This document shows, piece by piece, positions 27,489 through 36,328 of a DNA stretch of 47,366 bases. The stretch spans positions 1 through 47,366 of the forward strand of contig CAZYOB010000006.1 in NCBI GenBank assembly GCA_964648275.1. Reading direction: 5' to 3'. The notes beneath the pieces were generated by a model. It was given only the letters and a program-made list of their open reading frames with translations. It was not told the origin of the DNA and did not search any database. This DNA is from an uncultured Pseudomonadales bacterium (GTDB lineage Bacteria; Patescibacteriota; Microgenomatia; UBA1400; MFAQ01). The number at the start of each line of letters is the position of its first letter. The first letter of the stretch is position 1. The position numbers and the translations under genes are program-made.

Positions 27489-28564
27489 AGTTTTTTAGCC
27501 ACATTGGCCAGTAACCCAAGACTCAAGAAATTAGTGACCAGAGAAGAGCCTCCGTAAGAGATGAAGGGTAGAGGGACTCCCGTGAGTGGCATTAAAGCGG
27601 TCATGGCACTAAGGTTAACGAATATTTGGGTTAAAAAGAGGAGTGAAACTCCGCTAGAGAGTAGTTTATCAAATCTGTCGGTCGTTTTTGCGGCGATGTT
27701 CAGACTTGCCAGGCACAATCCAACTAAACCAAGGATGACTGCGGCTCCTCCGATAAAGCCAAACTCCTCCGCGATGATGACAAAAATGGAGTCTGTTGTG
27801 GCTTCCGGAAGATAGGCAAACTTTTGTCGTGACTGGCCAACACCCACACCGGTTAAGCCACCCGAGCCGAGACCATAAAGGACCTGATTGATGTGATATG
27901 AGGCTCCGAGCGGATCCGAGGTGGGATCCATAAATGTCTTAAGGCGGTTCATTCTGTAGGGGGAGGCGAAGACTAAGACTGACATAGTAATTACCAATAG
28001 CCCCATAAAGATGGAGATATCTTTGAGATTGGCTCCCGACAAGTAGTAAAGGATAAAACAGGTGCCGACAATGACAACCCCGGTACCCAGGTCCGGTTGG
28101 AGCATGACCAATCCGAGACAGAGACCGAGTAAAGCAAGGAATTGTTTTAAACTACGGGAGACTTCGAGCCAACGGGCAAGGTAGAGAATCAGGGCAATTT
28201 TGATCAGCTCAGACGGCTGAATCACGATCGGACCAAAGATAATCCAGCGACGGGCCCCTAAAAATTTAGATCCAATCCCGGGAATCAGAACCAATACCAT
28301 CAAAAACAAACATCCGAGTAGAAATACGTGGGAATATTTTTTCAGTGTAGCGAGAGGGAAACCTGCAGCAAAAAGTGAGACTACGATACCGATGACCAAC
28401 CAAACTGCTTGCTGTTTAACAAAATGAAATTTGTCGGAAAAATCTTTATATCCTTCGACGACTGAGGCATCGTAAATGGCAAGTAAACCAAAAATTGCGA
28501 GTATCACTCCCCCAGCGAGGATAGTAAGTGCCAGTCCTGATCGTTTATTATTCTTGGGCTTCAC
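27485..28564 (-). CDS. ftsW: SEDS protein FtsW
   Basis: GARRW, QPSELIK, QPDLG, PEATTDSIF, PLTGVPLPFISYGGSS. Start placed at the GTG just after the mraY stop. Confidence 0.92.
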   Translation of the reverse strand: MKPKNNKRSGLALTILAGGVILAIFGLLAIYDASVVEGYKDFSDKFHFVKQQAVWLVIGIVVSLFAAGFPLATLKKYSHVFLLGCLFLMVLVLIPGIGSKFLGARRWIIFGPIVIQPSELIKIALILYLARWLEVSRSLKQFLALLGLCLGLVMLQPDLGTGVVIVGTCFILYYLSGANLKDISIFMGLLVITMSVLVFASPYRMNRLKTFMDPTSDPLGASYHINQVLYGLGSGGLTGVGVGQSRQKFAYLPEATTDSIFVIIAEEFGFIGGAAVILGLVGLCLASLNIAAKTTDRFDKLLSSGVSLLFLTQIFVNLSAMTALMPLTGVPLPFISYGGSSLVTNFLSLGLLANVAKKL

Positions 28565-28568
28565 CCTC

Positions 28569-29594
28569 TTAAATGATAGCCAGCCAGACACCGAAGACAA
28601 CACACATGACCCCAATGAGCCAAGCACGTTGGACTATTTTAGGTTCGGTCCAGCCGATTTTTAATAGCCAATAGTGGAGAGGGGCGATGGGAAGAATTCT
28701 CCTCTTAAGAATCTTTACCGAGGCGATTTGAATCAGCGAGCTAAAACCGTCTACCAAGAAGGGTAGTCCAACTATGATGAGGGCGACAACCTTGCCGGTA
28801 AGTAAACCTACTGTGGCAAAAGCAGCACCGAAGGCCAGAGCGCCGACGTCCCCCATGAAGATACGAGCAGGGAAAACGTTAAAGTAGAGGAAGGCGATCA
28901 GGCCTCCAAGCCAAAGAGCAATGAAAACAGAAAGCGGTACGTCAAGTATCGAAGCGCTAAGAATAAGGAAACCGAACAGAGAAATCATCAGCAGTCCACC
29001 GGCCAGACCATCCATGCCATCGGTGATGTTGACGGAGTTGACGAAGGTAACAATGATGAGGGCGGCGATGAGGATGAACGATGGACCAAAATTAAGGACA
29101 CCAAGAAAGGGAATGTGAATAATATCAATGCCAAGATTGACGTACATCATGGCACCAATGGTGAGCCCGAGGATGAATTGGATAATTAATTTATGAACGG
29201 TCCTAAGTCCGGCATAGCCTTCCTCCCGGGAAAGCTCAAAAAACTTAACCACGTCATCATAAAGACCCAGCAAACCGAATGAAAGGAATGCAAAAAAGAT
29301 AATGTTGATCTCGTCATTTATCGGATATACATGAGTGATCTCAAACCCGAGCCAGTTAAGAGAGGGAAGGACAAAAGCAAAGATCAAGCTGGTAATAACC
29401 AAGACCAAAAGACCGCCACCCTCAGGAGTTCTGGCTTTTGATTTAATATGCATTGAAGCCTCATCGGTTTTGTTCTCGGAGATAGCAGTCTTGTTCTTGA
29501 AAAAACGAAGCTTGTAGAGGAAATTAACAAAAGGGATGATGGCGATCGAGTGAACTAAGAAGGAGAAAAGTAGAAGTCCGAGTAGTAAACCCAT
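28569..29594 (-). CDS. mraY: Phospho-MurNAc-pentapeptide transferase MraY (atypical C-terminal motif)
   Basis: TPEGGG, YDDVVK, NSVNITDGMDGL, FMGDVG, APLH..., GWTEPKIV. Confidence 0.88.
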   Translation of the reverse strand: MGLLLGLLLFSFLVHSIAIIPFVNFLYKLRFFKNKTAISENKTDEASMHIKSKARTPEGGGLLVLVITSLIFAFVLPSLNWLGFEITHVYPINDEINIIFFAFLSFGLLGLYDDVVKFFELSREEGYAGLRTVHKLIIQFILGLTIGAMMYVNLGIDIIHIPFLGVLNFGPSFILIAALIIVTFVNSVNITDGMDGLAGGLLMISLFGFLILSASILDVPLSVFIALWLGGLIAFLYFNVFPARIFMGDVGALAFGAAFATVGLLTGKVVALIIVGLPFLVDGFSSLIQIASVKILKRRILPIAPLHYWLLKIGWTEPKIVQRAWLIGVMCVVFGVWLAII

Positions 29595-29597
29595 ATT

Positions 29598-29963
29598 TTA
29601 GAGTAAAAAGAATTTTGGTAAAAATATATAGACGCCGATGGCGATTGCCGATAAGGCGCTGACCAGGACCATACCTGCTGAGACGTCTTTGGCCACTTTG
29701 GCGTCTTGTCTTCTTTCGAGAGATATCAGGTCGACCATTGCCTCGATAGAGGTGTTGACCATCTCGGCAACGAAAACCATGTTGAAAGTAAAGAGAACCA
29801 CGAGCCATTCGAAATAACTGATCTCAAAATATATACCAGCCAGGATCACAGAAATTGCCGCGATGGTGTGAAAACGGAAGTTAGGCTGGGTCCTTAGTGT
29901 GTGCCAAATACCATCGACAGCGTGCTTGAAAGAGACAGTGTGTCTTCTGATACGTGTAAGCAT
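29598..29963 (-). CDS. dgkA: DgkA-family diacylglycerol/undecaprenol kinase
   Basis: SFKHA.DG, QPNFRFH, EMVNTSIE..VD, AKDVSAG. Confidence 0.93.
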   Translation of the reverse strand: MLTRIRRHTVSFKHAVDGIWHTLRTQPNFRFHTIAAISVILAGIYFEISYFEWLVVLFTFNMVFVAEMVNTSIEAMVDLISLERRQDAKVAKDVSAGMVLVSALSAIAIGVYIFLPKFFLL

Positions 29964-29990
29964 TATGTTTATTTTAATCTTAGCTGCCTG

Positions 29991-31673
29991 TTAAAGCAAA
30001 AGGCTTTTAGCAATACTAAACCATAAAGGGGCAGCCGTCTCGGATCCCCAGGGGGAAGTCTGAGGCTCACTGAGCGTGACAAGCATAGTGTATTTAGGGT
30101 TGTCTGCAGGGAAAAAACCAACAAAACTGGCGATGGTTTTGTCCGGATCGTAATGGCCTTCTATGGGGATTTGGGCGGTACCGGTTTTCCCGGCGACCAC
30201 TAATCCTTTAGGCTTGGCCCACTTGGCCTCACCTTTTTCAACCGCCTGAATCATAACCCGGGTCATTTGAGAGACTGCTTCTGGAGAAAAGATGTTGGTT
30301 CTGGTGGGTTCTTTGGTGTCGTCTTCAACGACGGTCGGCTTGAGATAGTCACCTTTGTTGGCAAGGGTATTGGCCGCGGCGATCATTTGTATCGGAGTGA
30401 TGGCAATTCCCTGACCGAAAGACTCGGTGGCCAGATCGATATCACCAAACTGGGAAGCAGTTCTTATCTGACCCGAGACTTCTTCCTGAAGTTCAATACC
30501 GGTCTTTTTACCGAAACCAAGACGGGACATGTAATCGGCAAATTTATCTTTTCCCAGCTTAAAGGCTACAAAGGCCATGCCCGTATTATCCGAGTTAACA
30601 ATAACTTCGGTCATGGTGGAGTTGGGGTGATACACCTCATCCCAGGTTTTGATGGCGAATTTGCCGATAACCAGGGGCTTGTGACAGATATCGCAAACAG
30701 TGTCCGGTGTCACCACTTTTTCATTGAATCCGGCGGCCATGACCAAAATTTTGAAGATGGAGCCCGGCTCAAAGAGAGCAGCTACATTGGGATTTTTAAA
30801 ATAGCTGGAATCAAACTTGGAAAAATCCGAGGGATCATAGTTAGGGAAGGAAGCCATGGCTCTGATCTTGCCCGTTTTTGATTCCATAATGATTACATTA
30901 CCTGCAGAAGCTTGATATTTAGCCAGTCCTTCTATCAAAGAACTCTCGGCGATGTATTGAGTCTTTTTATCAATGGTTGTTTGAATTGGCTTTCCTTCCA
31001 CGGAGTGAAGGAATTGATAATCACCAACTAAAATCGGATTGCCTTTGGCATCTTTTTCTGTACGGATCTTTCCTGAGCGACCCCTAAGTTTTCGATCGAA
31101 ATATCCTTCAAGACCAAAATATCCCTGTTCTTCACCGGCAATATCCTGTCCAACAAAACCAAGAATATGGGCTGACATACTGGCTTCGGGGTAATAACGA
31201 ACATATTCATCTTCGAAACCAATACCGGCGATATCAAGAAGTTCGATGGCGTCTTTTTCTTCGGGGGAGAGATAATGTTTGAGAGAAATCCAGTTGCTGT
31301 CCAGGGTGAGTCTTTTCAGAAGGAATGATCTGATATCACCTCCGGCGGTGCTTTCAGGATCTTGTTTAATATTGACCGCCAGTTTTTCTATCAGCTCAGT
31401 CTCAGGAATTTCCAGTTGGGGTTTATAGACGAAGAGATGAAAAAGATTCTTCGTACCCGCCAGGACGTTGCCTTCAATATCAGTGATGTCTCCCCTCTTT
31501 GCCTTAAGCAGTGAAGTCGTCTGATGTTGTCTGGCTGCTTTTGTCTGAAGTTCCGGTCCGCGGATAATTTGCCAGTAAAACAGTCTGACCAGTAATCCTA
31601 AAGTCAGGAGAGGGATAAGAACGATAATCGTTTTGAGACGTTTTTGAGTAAGATTTAAAGCAACAGAGGCCAT
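29991..31673 (-). CDS. ftsI: Class B penicillin-binding protein (FtsI/PBP2 type)
   Basis: KRGDITD, RYYP, GLE, EPGSIFK (SxxK), SDN (SxN), GKTGTAQ. Confidence 0.9.
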   Translation of the reverse strand: MASVALNLTQKRLKTIIVLIPLLTLGLLVRLFYWQIIRGPELQTKAARQHQTTSLLKAKRGDITDIEGNVLAGTKNLFHLFVYKPQLEIPETELIEKLAVNIKQDPESTAGGDIRSFLLKRLTLDSNWISLKHYLSPEEKDAIELLDIAGIGFEDEYVRYYPEASMSAHILGFVGQDIAGEEQGYFGLEGYFDRKLRGRSGKIRTEKDAKGNPILVGDYQFLHSVEGKPIQTTIDKKTQYIAESSLIEGLAKYQASAGNVIIMESKTGKIRAMASFPNYDPSDFSKFDSSYFKNPNVAALFEPGSIFKILVMAAGFNEKVVTPDTVCDICHKPLVIGKFAIKTWDEVYHPNSTMTEVIVNSDNTGMAFVAFKLGKDKFADYMSRLGFGKKTGIELQEEVSGQIRTASQFGDIDLATESFGQGIAITPIQMIAAANTLANKGDYLKPTVVEDDTKEPTRTNIFSPEAVSQMTRVMIQAVEKGEAKWAKPKGLVVAGKTGTAQIPIEGHYDPDKTIASFVGFFPADNPKYTMLVTLSEPQTSPWGSETAAPLWFSIAKSLLL

Positions 31674-31685
31674 TTATAAGTCTTT

Positions 31686-31994
31686 TTAGCGCAACGCCGT
31701 GGTGGGCGGAGTGGGCATAAAGACTATATCACGAGCTTTGAAGAAACCCTTTTCCTGAGCGAGCTGAGACATATCTTTGAGGTTGGCGACTTCTTCGATC
31801 TTGACTTTTAGTTGTTTGTTTTCATCCTCGAGTTCAAGAGTTTTCATTTCCAGATCATTGACAGCAAATCCTTGGGTTGCCAACGCATTTGTACCGATGA
31901 GATTGAGAGCAACGAAAACTCCCAGAACGGCGAGAGAAATACCGTAGGTGAGACGGTGGTTAAATAATTTTTCTAGCGAGTCTAAGTTTGGCAC
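31686..31994 (-). CDS. FtsL-like bitopic coiled-coil protein
   Basis: One TM, a heptad-rich segment and an A..KGF end; lies between rsmH and ftsI. Confidence 0.7.
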   Translation of the reverse strand: MPNLDSLEKLFNHRLTYGISLAVLGVFVALNLIGTNALATQGFAVNDLEMKTLELEDENKQLKVKIEEVANLKDMSQLAQEKGFFKARDIVFMPTPPTTALR

Positions 31995-32883
31995 TTCGAG
32001 TACGGGTACTAATTTTTAATTCTTCTTGCGAAGGTGTTAATGGTTTTTTGTTAATAGCGCTTAATAGGTTGTTTTTGACAGAGTCTTTCATGAAATCCTT
32101 GACCAGTTTGTCTTCTCCGGAGTGGAAACTGATAACTCCTGCAATGCCTTCCGGATTCAGGAGAGATGGAAGTTGAGGAAGAAGTTCCTGAATGACCTCT
32201 CTTTCCAAATTGACTGCCATTCTAAGGGCCATAAAGGTTTTAGTGGCCGGGTGAACTTTCCCTTGTCGTGAACCCTTAACTCTAAGAATGAGATCGGATA
32301 ACTGCTTGGTAGTAGTAATCCTGCTCTGTTGTCTGACTTTGACAATGGCTCTGGCAATCGGTCTGGCGAAAGGTTCATCTCCAAGCTGGAGAAGCGAGGC
32401 CAGTTCACCTTCATTGAGAGCATTGATCAGGTCAGCAGCCGTCACCCCGAGGTCTTTGGTGAGTCTCATATCAAGGGGCTCTTCAGAAAGAAAACTAAAG
32501 CCTCTTTCCGGAGAGAGAACTTGAAACTGACTGGGTCCGAGGTCGACCATGATGCCGTCGGCTAAGGGAAGTTTGAGTTTGTTGACGTATTCGGTGATTT
32601 TGACAAAGTTATCGTTGATGATCAGCCATTTGAAATCCGGGTCAATCTCGTTTGTTTGTGAGGTGACTATTTCCGGGGTGAGGTTGGTGATGAACGAAGT
32701 GGCTCTGACAACTGCCTCCGGGTCAACATCGAAACTAATAACCCGACAACCTGCTTCGAGAGCTTCCTGAGTGTGTCCCCCATCACCTAAAGTCAGGTCA
32801 TAGAAAACTTTTCCGGGGGTAAGTTCAAAAAGCTTGGCTATCTCTCCTCTAAAGGCTGAGAAATGTCTTTGTGTGTTTGTCAT
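31960..32883 (-). CDS. rsmH: 16S rRNA m4C1402 methyltransferase RsmH (MraW)
   Basis: DLTLGDGGH, DLGPS, RGFSF, PLDMR, HPATKTFMALR, ISFHSGED, RSAKLR. Confidence 0.96.
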   Translation of the reverse strand: MTNTQRHFSAFRGEIAKLFELTPGKVFYDLTLGDGGHTQEALEAGCRVISFDVDPEAVVRATSFITNLTPEIVTSQTNEIDPDFKWLIINDNFVKITEYVNKLKLPLADGIMVDLGPSQFQVLSPERGFSFLSEEPLDMRLTKDLGVTAADLINALNEGELASLLQLGDEPFARPIARAIVKVRQQSRITTTKQLSDLILRVKGSRQGKVHPATKTFMALRMAVNLEREVIQELLPQLPSLLNPEGIAGVISFHSGEDKLVKDFMKDSVKNNLLSAINKKPLTPSQEELKISTRTRSAKLRLARKII

Positions 32884-33311
32884 ATTCCAAGATCAGCAAT
32901 TACTGAATCTGTGTTATTTGCCTGTTGCGCTATTAAGTCAAGGTGCTGGTGGTATGCTTCGCGATCCCAGATTTCAATTCTGGTTAGGGCTCCAGCTATC
33001 ACCACCTGTTTTTTTAACTGAGCTTGTTGTCTTAAGTGATCCGGAAGAAGAGTTCTTCCTTGATTGTCTAGATTTAGCTCTTGGGCCGATTGAACCAAGA
33101 GACGGGTGAAATTCCTGGCTTGGGGATTGGTCATCGGTAATGAGGCCAGCTTCTCGGAGAGCTTCTGCCAATATGATTCCGGGAAAAGAAATAGACAACC
33201 ATCTAGCCCCCAGGTGATGACGCCACCTGATACCAGTCCCTCCCTGTAGGATGCGGGAATGGCTAATCTTCCCTTGGCTTCGATTGTGTGGTAGTAGCGT
33301 CCAATAAACAT
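32880..33311 (-). CDS. mraZ: Transcriptional regulator MraZ
   Basis: MFIG.Y, KGRLAIP, DNQGR, IEIWD. Confidence 0.96.
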   Translation of the reverse strand: MFIGRYYHTIEAKGRLAIPASYREGLVSGGVITWGLDGCLFLFPESYWQKLSEKLASLPMTNPQARNFTRLLVQSAQELNLDNQGRTLLPDHLRQQAQLKKQVVIAGALTRIEIWDREAYHQHLDLIAQQANNTDSVIADLGI

Positions 33312-33367
33312 AGTTCATAGGGCAGGTTTATTAAGTGATGTGTATATTTTTTAATATACAGGATAAT

Positions 33368-33418
33368 TCACCACTTGTCACCACTTTCCAGTATGATATA
33401 GAAAATAACATGTGTCAA
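33368..33418 (-). promoter_or_regulatory. dcw promoter with MraZ-type GTGG direct repeats
   Basis: TTGACA-17-CATACT, then CTGGAA/GTGGTG/GTGGTG at 10-bp period. Confidence 0.75.
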
Positions 33419-33440
33419 GAGGGATGTTTGTGAAAAGAAT

Positions 33441-33468
33441 AAATAAAAAGACCCCACTATGGGGTCTT
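33441..33468 (-). terminator. Intrinsic terminator
   Basis: AAGACCCCA-tag-TGGGGTCTT followed by TTTATTT. Confidence 0.75.
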
Positions 33469-33564
33469 AAAAGTTTCGGGTTTTATTCTATTATTTTCTA
33501 AAGTTTCGGCTTCAGATGATAATGCGTCACAAAATTTATCACGGATTAAGCAAGAGGAAAATGT

Positions 33565-34395
33565 TTATTTATACAGTACGATCGGGCCGATCAGGTAGAG
33601 TGACAAAGTCTCTTGTGCCCCCTTTTGGTCGTCTCTTGTGATTGTCACTTGTTTGGTCCAAGGTTTTTCGTTGAGAGTAAAAGTGAGTGTATTTTCCTTG
33701 GCAGTGAACTTGAGGGGCTTAAAGCTTGTCCCATCATAAATGGCCGCTTCGGTAACTCCAGACTGGTTTATGGTAAGAGTACCGAGGACAGTCTTGTTTC
33801 CAACTGCGGAGATCACGATTGGATAAAGAACAACTTCTTTTTCGACTTGTGTCGGAACTCCAAGGGAGTTAACCAAAATGAGATTGTCTTTTAGGTTCGT
33901 CCTTGACGGTTCAAAAATTACTTTCCCGTCCGGAAGGTTCTGCTGACCAAGGATAAAGGTGAAGTCTCCCTTAAGGACATGAACTTCGGTTTTGCCTTCG
34001 AAATCAAGTCTGAACTTCATGGTCCCCGATTTAAGATCGGAGTCAAAGGTACATTTGCCTCCAGTTGAACAACTACCCAACACGATGGCTTTTACAAAAG
34101 GATTAGGGATGGGGGTGTCAAGTGAGGCTCTGGCACCTTTGAGAAGATCACCCGACTGGTACTCAAGATCCAAAGAGGCAGTCTTGGCTTTATCCGCGTT
34201 TTGAGTATAGAAAGTGAAGACGCGATTGCTTGTATGGGGAACCAAAACAGTGAAAGGGCGCTCCCCGAAAGGAAGTTCATTGACCAAGATCTTTGTGGCA
34301 GCGGGAGGTGTCGTTTTGGTGGTGGTGGCTTTTTTAGAGCAACCACTTAAGATCAGGGCAAAAATTAATAGAGGAATGAGGGATTTTATCTTCAT
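33565..34395 (-). CDS. Putative lipoprotein, unknown function
   Basis: Start placed at MKIKSLIPLLIFALILSGC (lipobox), 10 nt after the glyS stop; Thr/Pro linker; LGSCSTGGKC motif. Confidence 0.75.
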   Translation of the reverse strand: MKIKSLIPLLIFALILSGCSKKATTTKTTPPAATKILVNELPFGERPFTVLVPHTSNRVFTFYTQNADKAKTASLDLEYQSGDLLKGARASLDTPIPNPFVKAIVLGSCSTGGKCTFDSDLKSGTMKFRLDFEGKTEVHVLKGDFTFILGQQNLPDGKVIFEPSRTNLKDNLILVNSLGVPTQVEKEVVLYPIVISAVGNKTVLGTLTINQSGVTEAAIYDGTSFKPLKFTAKENTLTFTLNEKPWTKQVTITRDDQKGAQETLSLYLIGPIVLYK

Positions 34396-34405
34396 ATGGA
34401 CAAAA

Positions 34406-35773
34406 TTAATATTGAAGGTATTCAAAAAGCTTGTCAAGTGAAACCCTTTTCTGTACGGCTGTATCGCGATCGCGGACGGTGACGGTGTTATCTTCAAGGG
34501 TCTGGAAATCGACGGTGATGCAGTAGGGAGTACCGATCTCATCCTGAGCAAAATATCGTTTACCGATATTCCCTCGATCATCCCATTCGACTTCGATCTT
34601 ACCGGCGAGAAGGGCGAGAACTTCTTTCGCCTTCCCAGTCAATTCTTCTTTGTTCCCCAACAGTGGGAAAACCGCGGCTTTAACCGGAGCCAGCGCCTTG
34701 GGGAATTTCATGACTACCCTACCCTTTTCCTTGTCCTCGGAGTAGGAGTTCATCAAGATGATGGTCAGTAAACGGGATAGCCCGAAGGTGGGTTCGATGA
34801 CATGAGGTATGAACTTCTCCTGAGTGTAGGGGTCGGTGTAGCGCAGGTCGACACCACTTTTCTCCATGTGGTTTTTAAGATCAAAGTCTGTTCTGTAAGC
34901 AAGTCCCCACATTTCTTTGTGTCCCCAGGGGAATTCATATTCAAGATCTTCGGTTCTAGATGAGTAGTGAGAAAGTTCCTCTTTTTTGTGAGATCTCCAT
35001 CTGAGTTTGTCTTCAGACAAACCGACGAGGAGAGCAAACTTGTGCATCTCTTCTTTCCAGTAGTCAAACCATTTCTCCCATTCCTCGGGTTTGACAAAAT
35101 ATTCAAACTCGGCCAGATCAAACTCCAGGGTGCGGAAAGTAAATTTACCCATGGTGATCTCATTTCTGAAAGCTTTGCCGCTTTGGGCAATTCCAAAAGG
35201 AAGGCGAGGATGAATGCTGTCGAGGACCTGTTTGAAATCTACGAACATTCCCTGAGCAAGTTCTCCTCTGAGATAAACGGTGTTCTTTTCCGAGGTGATG
35301 ATACCGACCTGAGTTTCAAATAGCTGATTAAAGGCTCTGGTTTTTGTCCACGATGATTTGCCGCATTTGGGACACTTTATCTTGTGATCTGCAATCAGCT
35401 TATCCAGTTCCTCGGTTGGCTTACCCTCGACGTTACCAATACCTTCGATGTTGTCTTCAATGAGATGGTCGGTGCGGGTACGATAATGACAGGCCGTGCA
35501 ATCAATCATCAAATTGGTGAAGTTAGCCGTGTGACCGGAGGCTTCCCAAACACTGGGGCTCATGAGGATGCTGGTATCAAGTCCGTAGTTTTCCGGATGT
35601 TTGGTGACAAACTCAGTCCACCAAAGATTGGCGAGATTACGTTTAAGGGCTGTGCCTCGAGGACCGTAGTCATAGGTGTTGGCAAGACCGCCATATATTT
35701 CCGACCCGGGGAATACAAAACCGCGGCGTTTACAGAGAGAAATAACTTTATCGAGTAACTGTGGATCTGCCAT
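34406..35773 (-). CDS. glyS: Glycine--tRNA ligase, homodimeric alpha2 type
   Basis: KRRGF..SEIYGG, YDYGP.G, LRGELAQG, FRNEI, IEPTFGLSR, IGKRY..QDEIGTP. Confidence 0.96.
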   Translation of the reverse strand: MADPQLLDKVISLCKRRGFVFPGSEIYGGLANTYDYGPRGTALKRNLANLWWTEFVTKHPENYGLDTSILMSPSVWEASGHTANFTNLMIDCTACHYRTRTDHLIEDNIEGIGNVEGKPTEELDKLIADHKIKCPKCGKSSWTKTRAFNQLFETQVGIITSEKNTVYLRGELAQGMFVDFKQVLDSIHPRLPFGIAQSGKAFRNEITMGKFTFRTLEFDLAEFEYFVKPEEWEKWFDYWKEEMHKFALLVGLSEDKLRWRSHKKEELSHYSSRTEDLEYEFPWGHKEMWGLAYRTDFDLKNHMEKSGVDLRYTDPYTQEKFIPHVIEPTFGLSRLLTIILMNSYSEDKEKGRVVMKFPKALAPVKAAVFPLLGNKEELTGKAKEVLALLAGKIEVEWDDRGNIGKRYFAQDEIGTPYCITVDFQTLEDNTVTVRDRDTAVQKRVSLDKLFEYLQY

Positions 35774-35787
35774 GGTGTTATTTTAGC

Positions 35788-36327
35788 TTATTTTAAGCTT
35801 CGGCTAACTATTTTCTTGTTGATCAGGTTTTCGAAGTAAACGGAGATAGTAGAGGGATTCAATACTTTAGGTTGTGGATATCCTAAGTGACGGAGAAGGT
35901 AAAGAGAGTAATCGTTGGTCAGTCTGGCGATCTCATTGTGCTCCAAGGACTTATTGAGCGAGGTGTAGAAATTTGCCAGTGAGAGATAAGATTCTCTATC
36001 TTCTTCTTCGTGGGGGAGTATCGAGGTAAGGATCTCGGCGATGGACAGAGCAATCCTGACTTTTTCCAAGTTAGACTTTAATTGTGGAAAATATTCTTCG
36101 GTGTCGGCCTGAATTAATTGTTGAGGTGAGTTTCCCCTACCGGCTTGAAATTTAACTTTGTTAAAAAGATCCAGATGAGGAGCTTTTTTTGAATTTAACC
36201 GACGCGCACCCCGGGCGACAAATTCCTGATAACCGTGGTTATGTGACAGGATACCGACCAACTTATCCGCTTCAGCGAAGTCCACAGACTTAAGAACAAT
36301 ACCAGTGTCCGAAAAGGCTTGCCTCAT
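35788..36327 (-). CDS. recO: DNA repair protein RecO (short form)
   Basis: GIVLK..DFAEADK, ARGARR..SK OB-fold; LLRHLGY helical end. Confidence 0.9.
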   Translation of the reverse strand: MRQAFSDTGIVLKSVDFAEADKLVGILSHNHGYQEFVARGARRLNSKKAPHLDLFNKVKFQAGRGNSPQQLIQADTEEYFPQLKSNLEKVRIALSIAEILTSILPHEEEDRESYLSLANFYTSLNKSLEHNEIARLTNDYSLYLLRHLGYPQPKVLNPSTISVYFENLINKKIVSRSLK

Positions 36328-36328
36328 G

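Noticed and set aside
28565-28627. N-terminal extension of ftsW in the ORF track
   Set aside because: It overlaps mraY; the GTG at 28564 gives a normal FtsW start.
30267-30881. 204-aa plus-strand ORF
   Set aside because: Antisense shadow of ftsI. Similar shadows occur across many minus-strand genes.
33470-33509. Mini-CRISPR
   Set aside because: The repeat is only 10 bp with two copies, and there are no cas genes.
34396-34581. 62-aa N-terminal extension of the lipoprotein ORF
   Set aside because: It overlaps glyS; the signal peptide and lipobox begin at ATG 34395.
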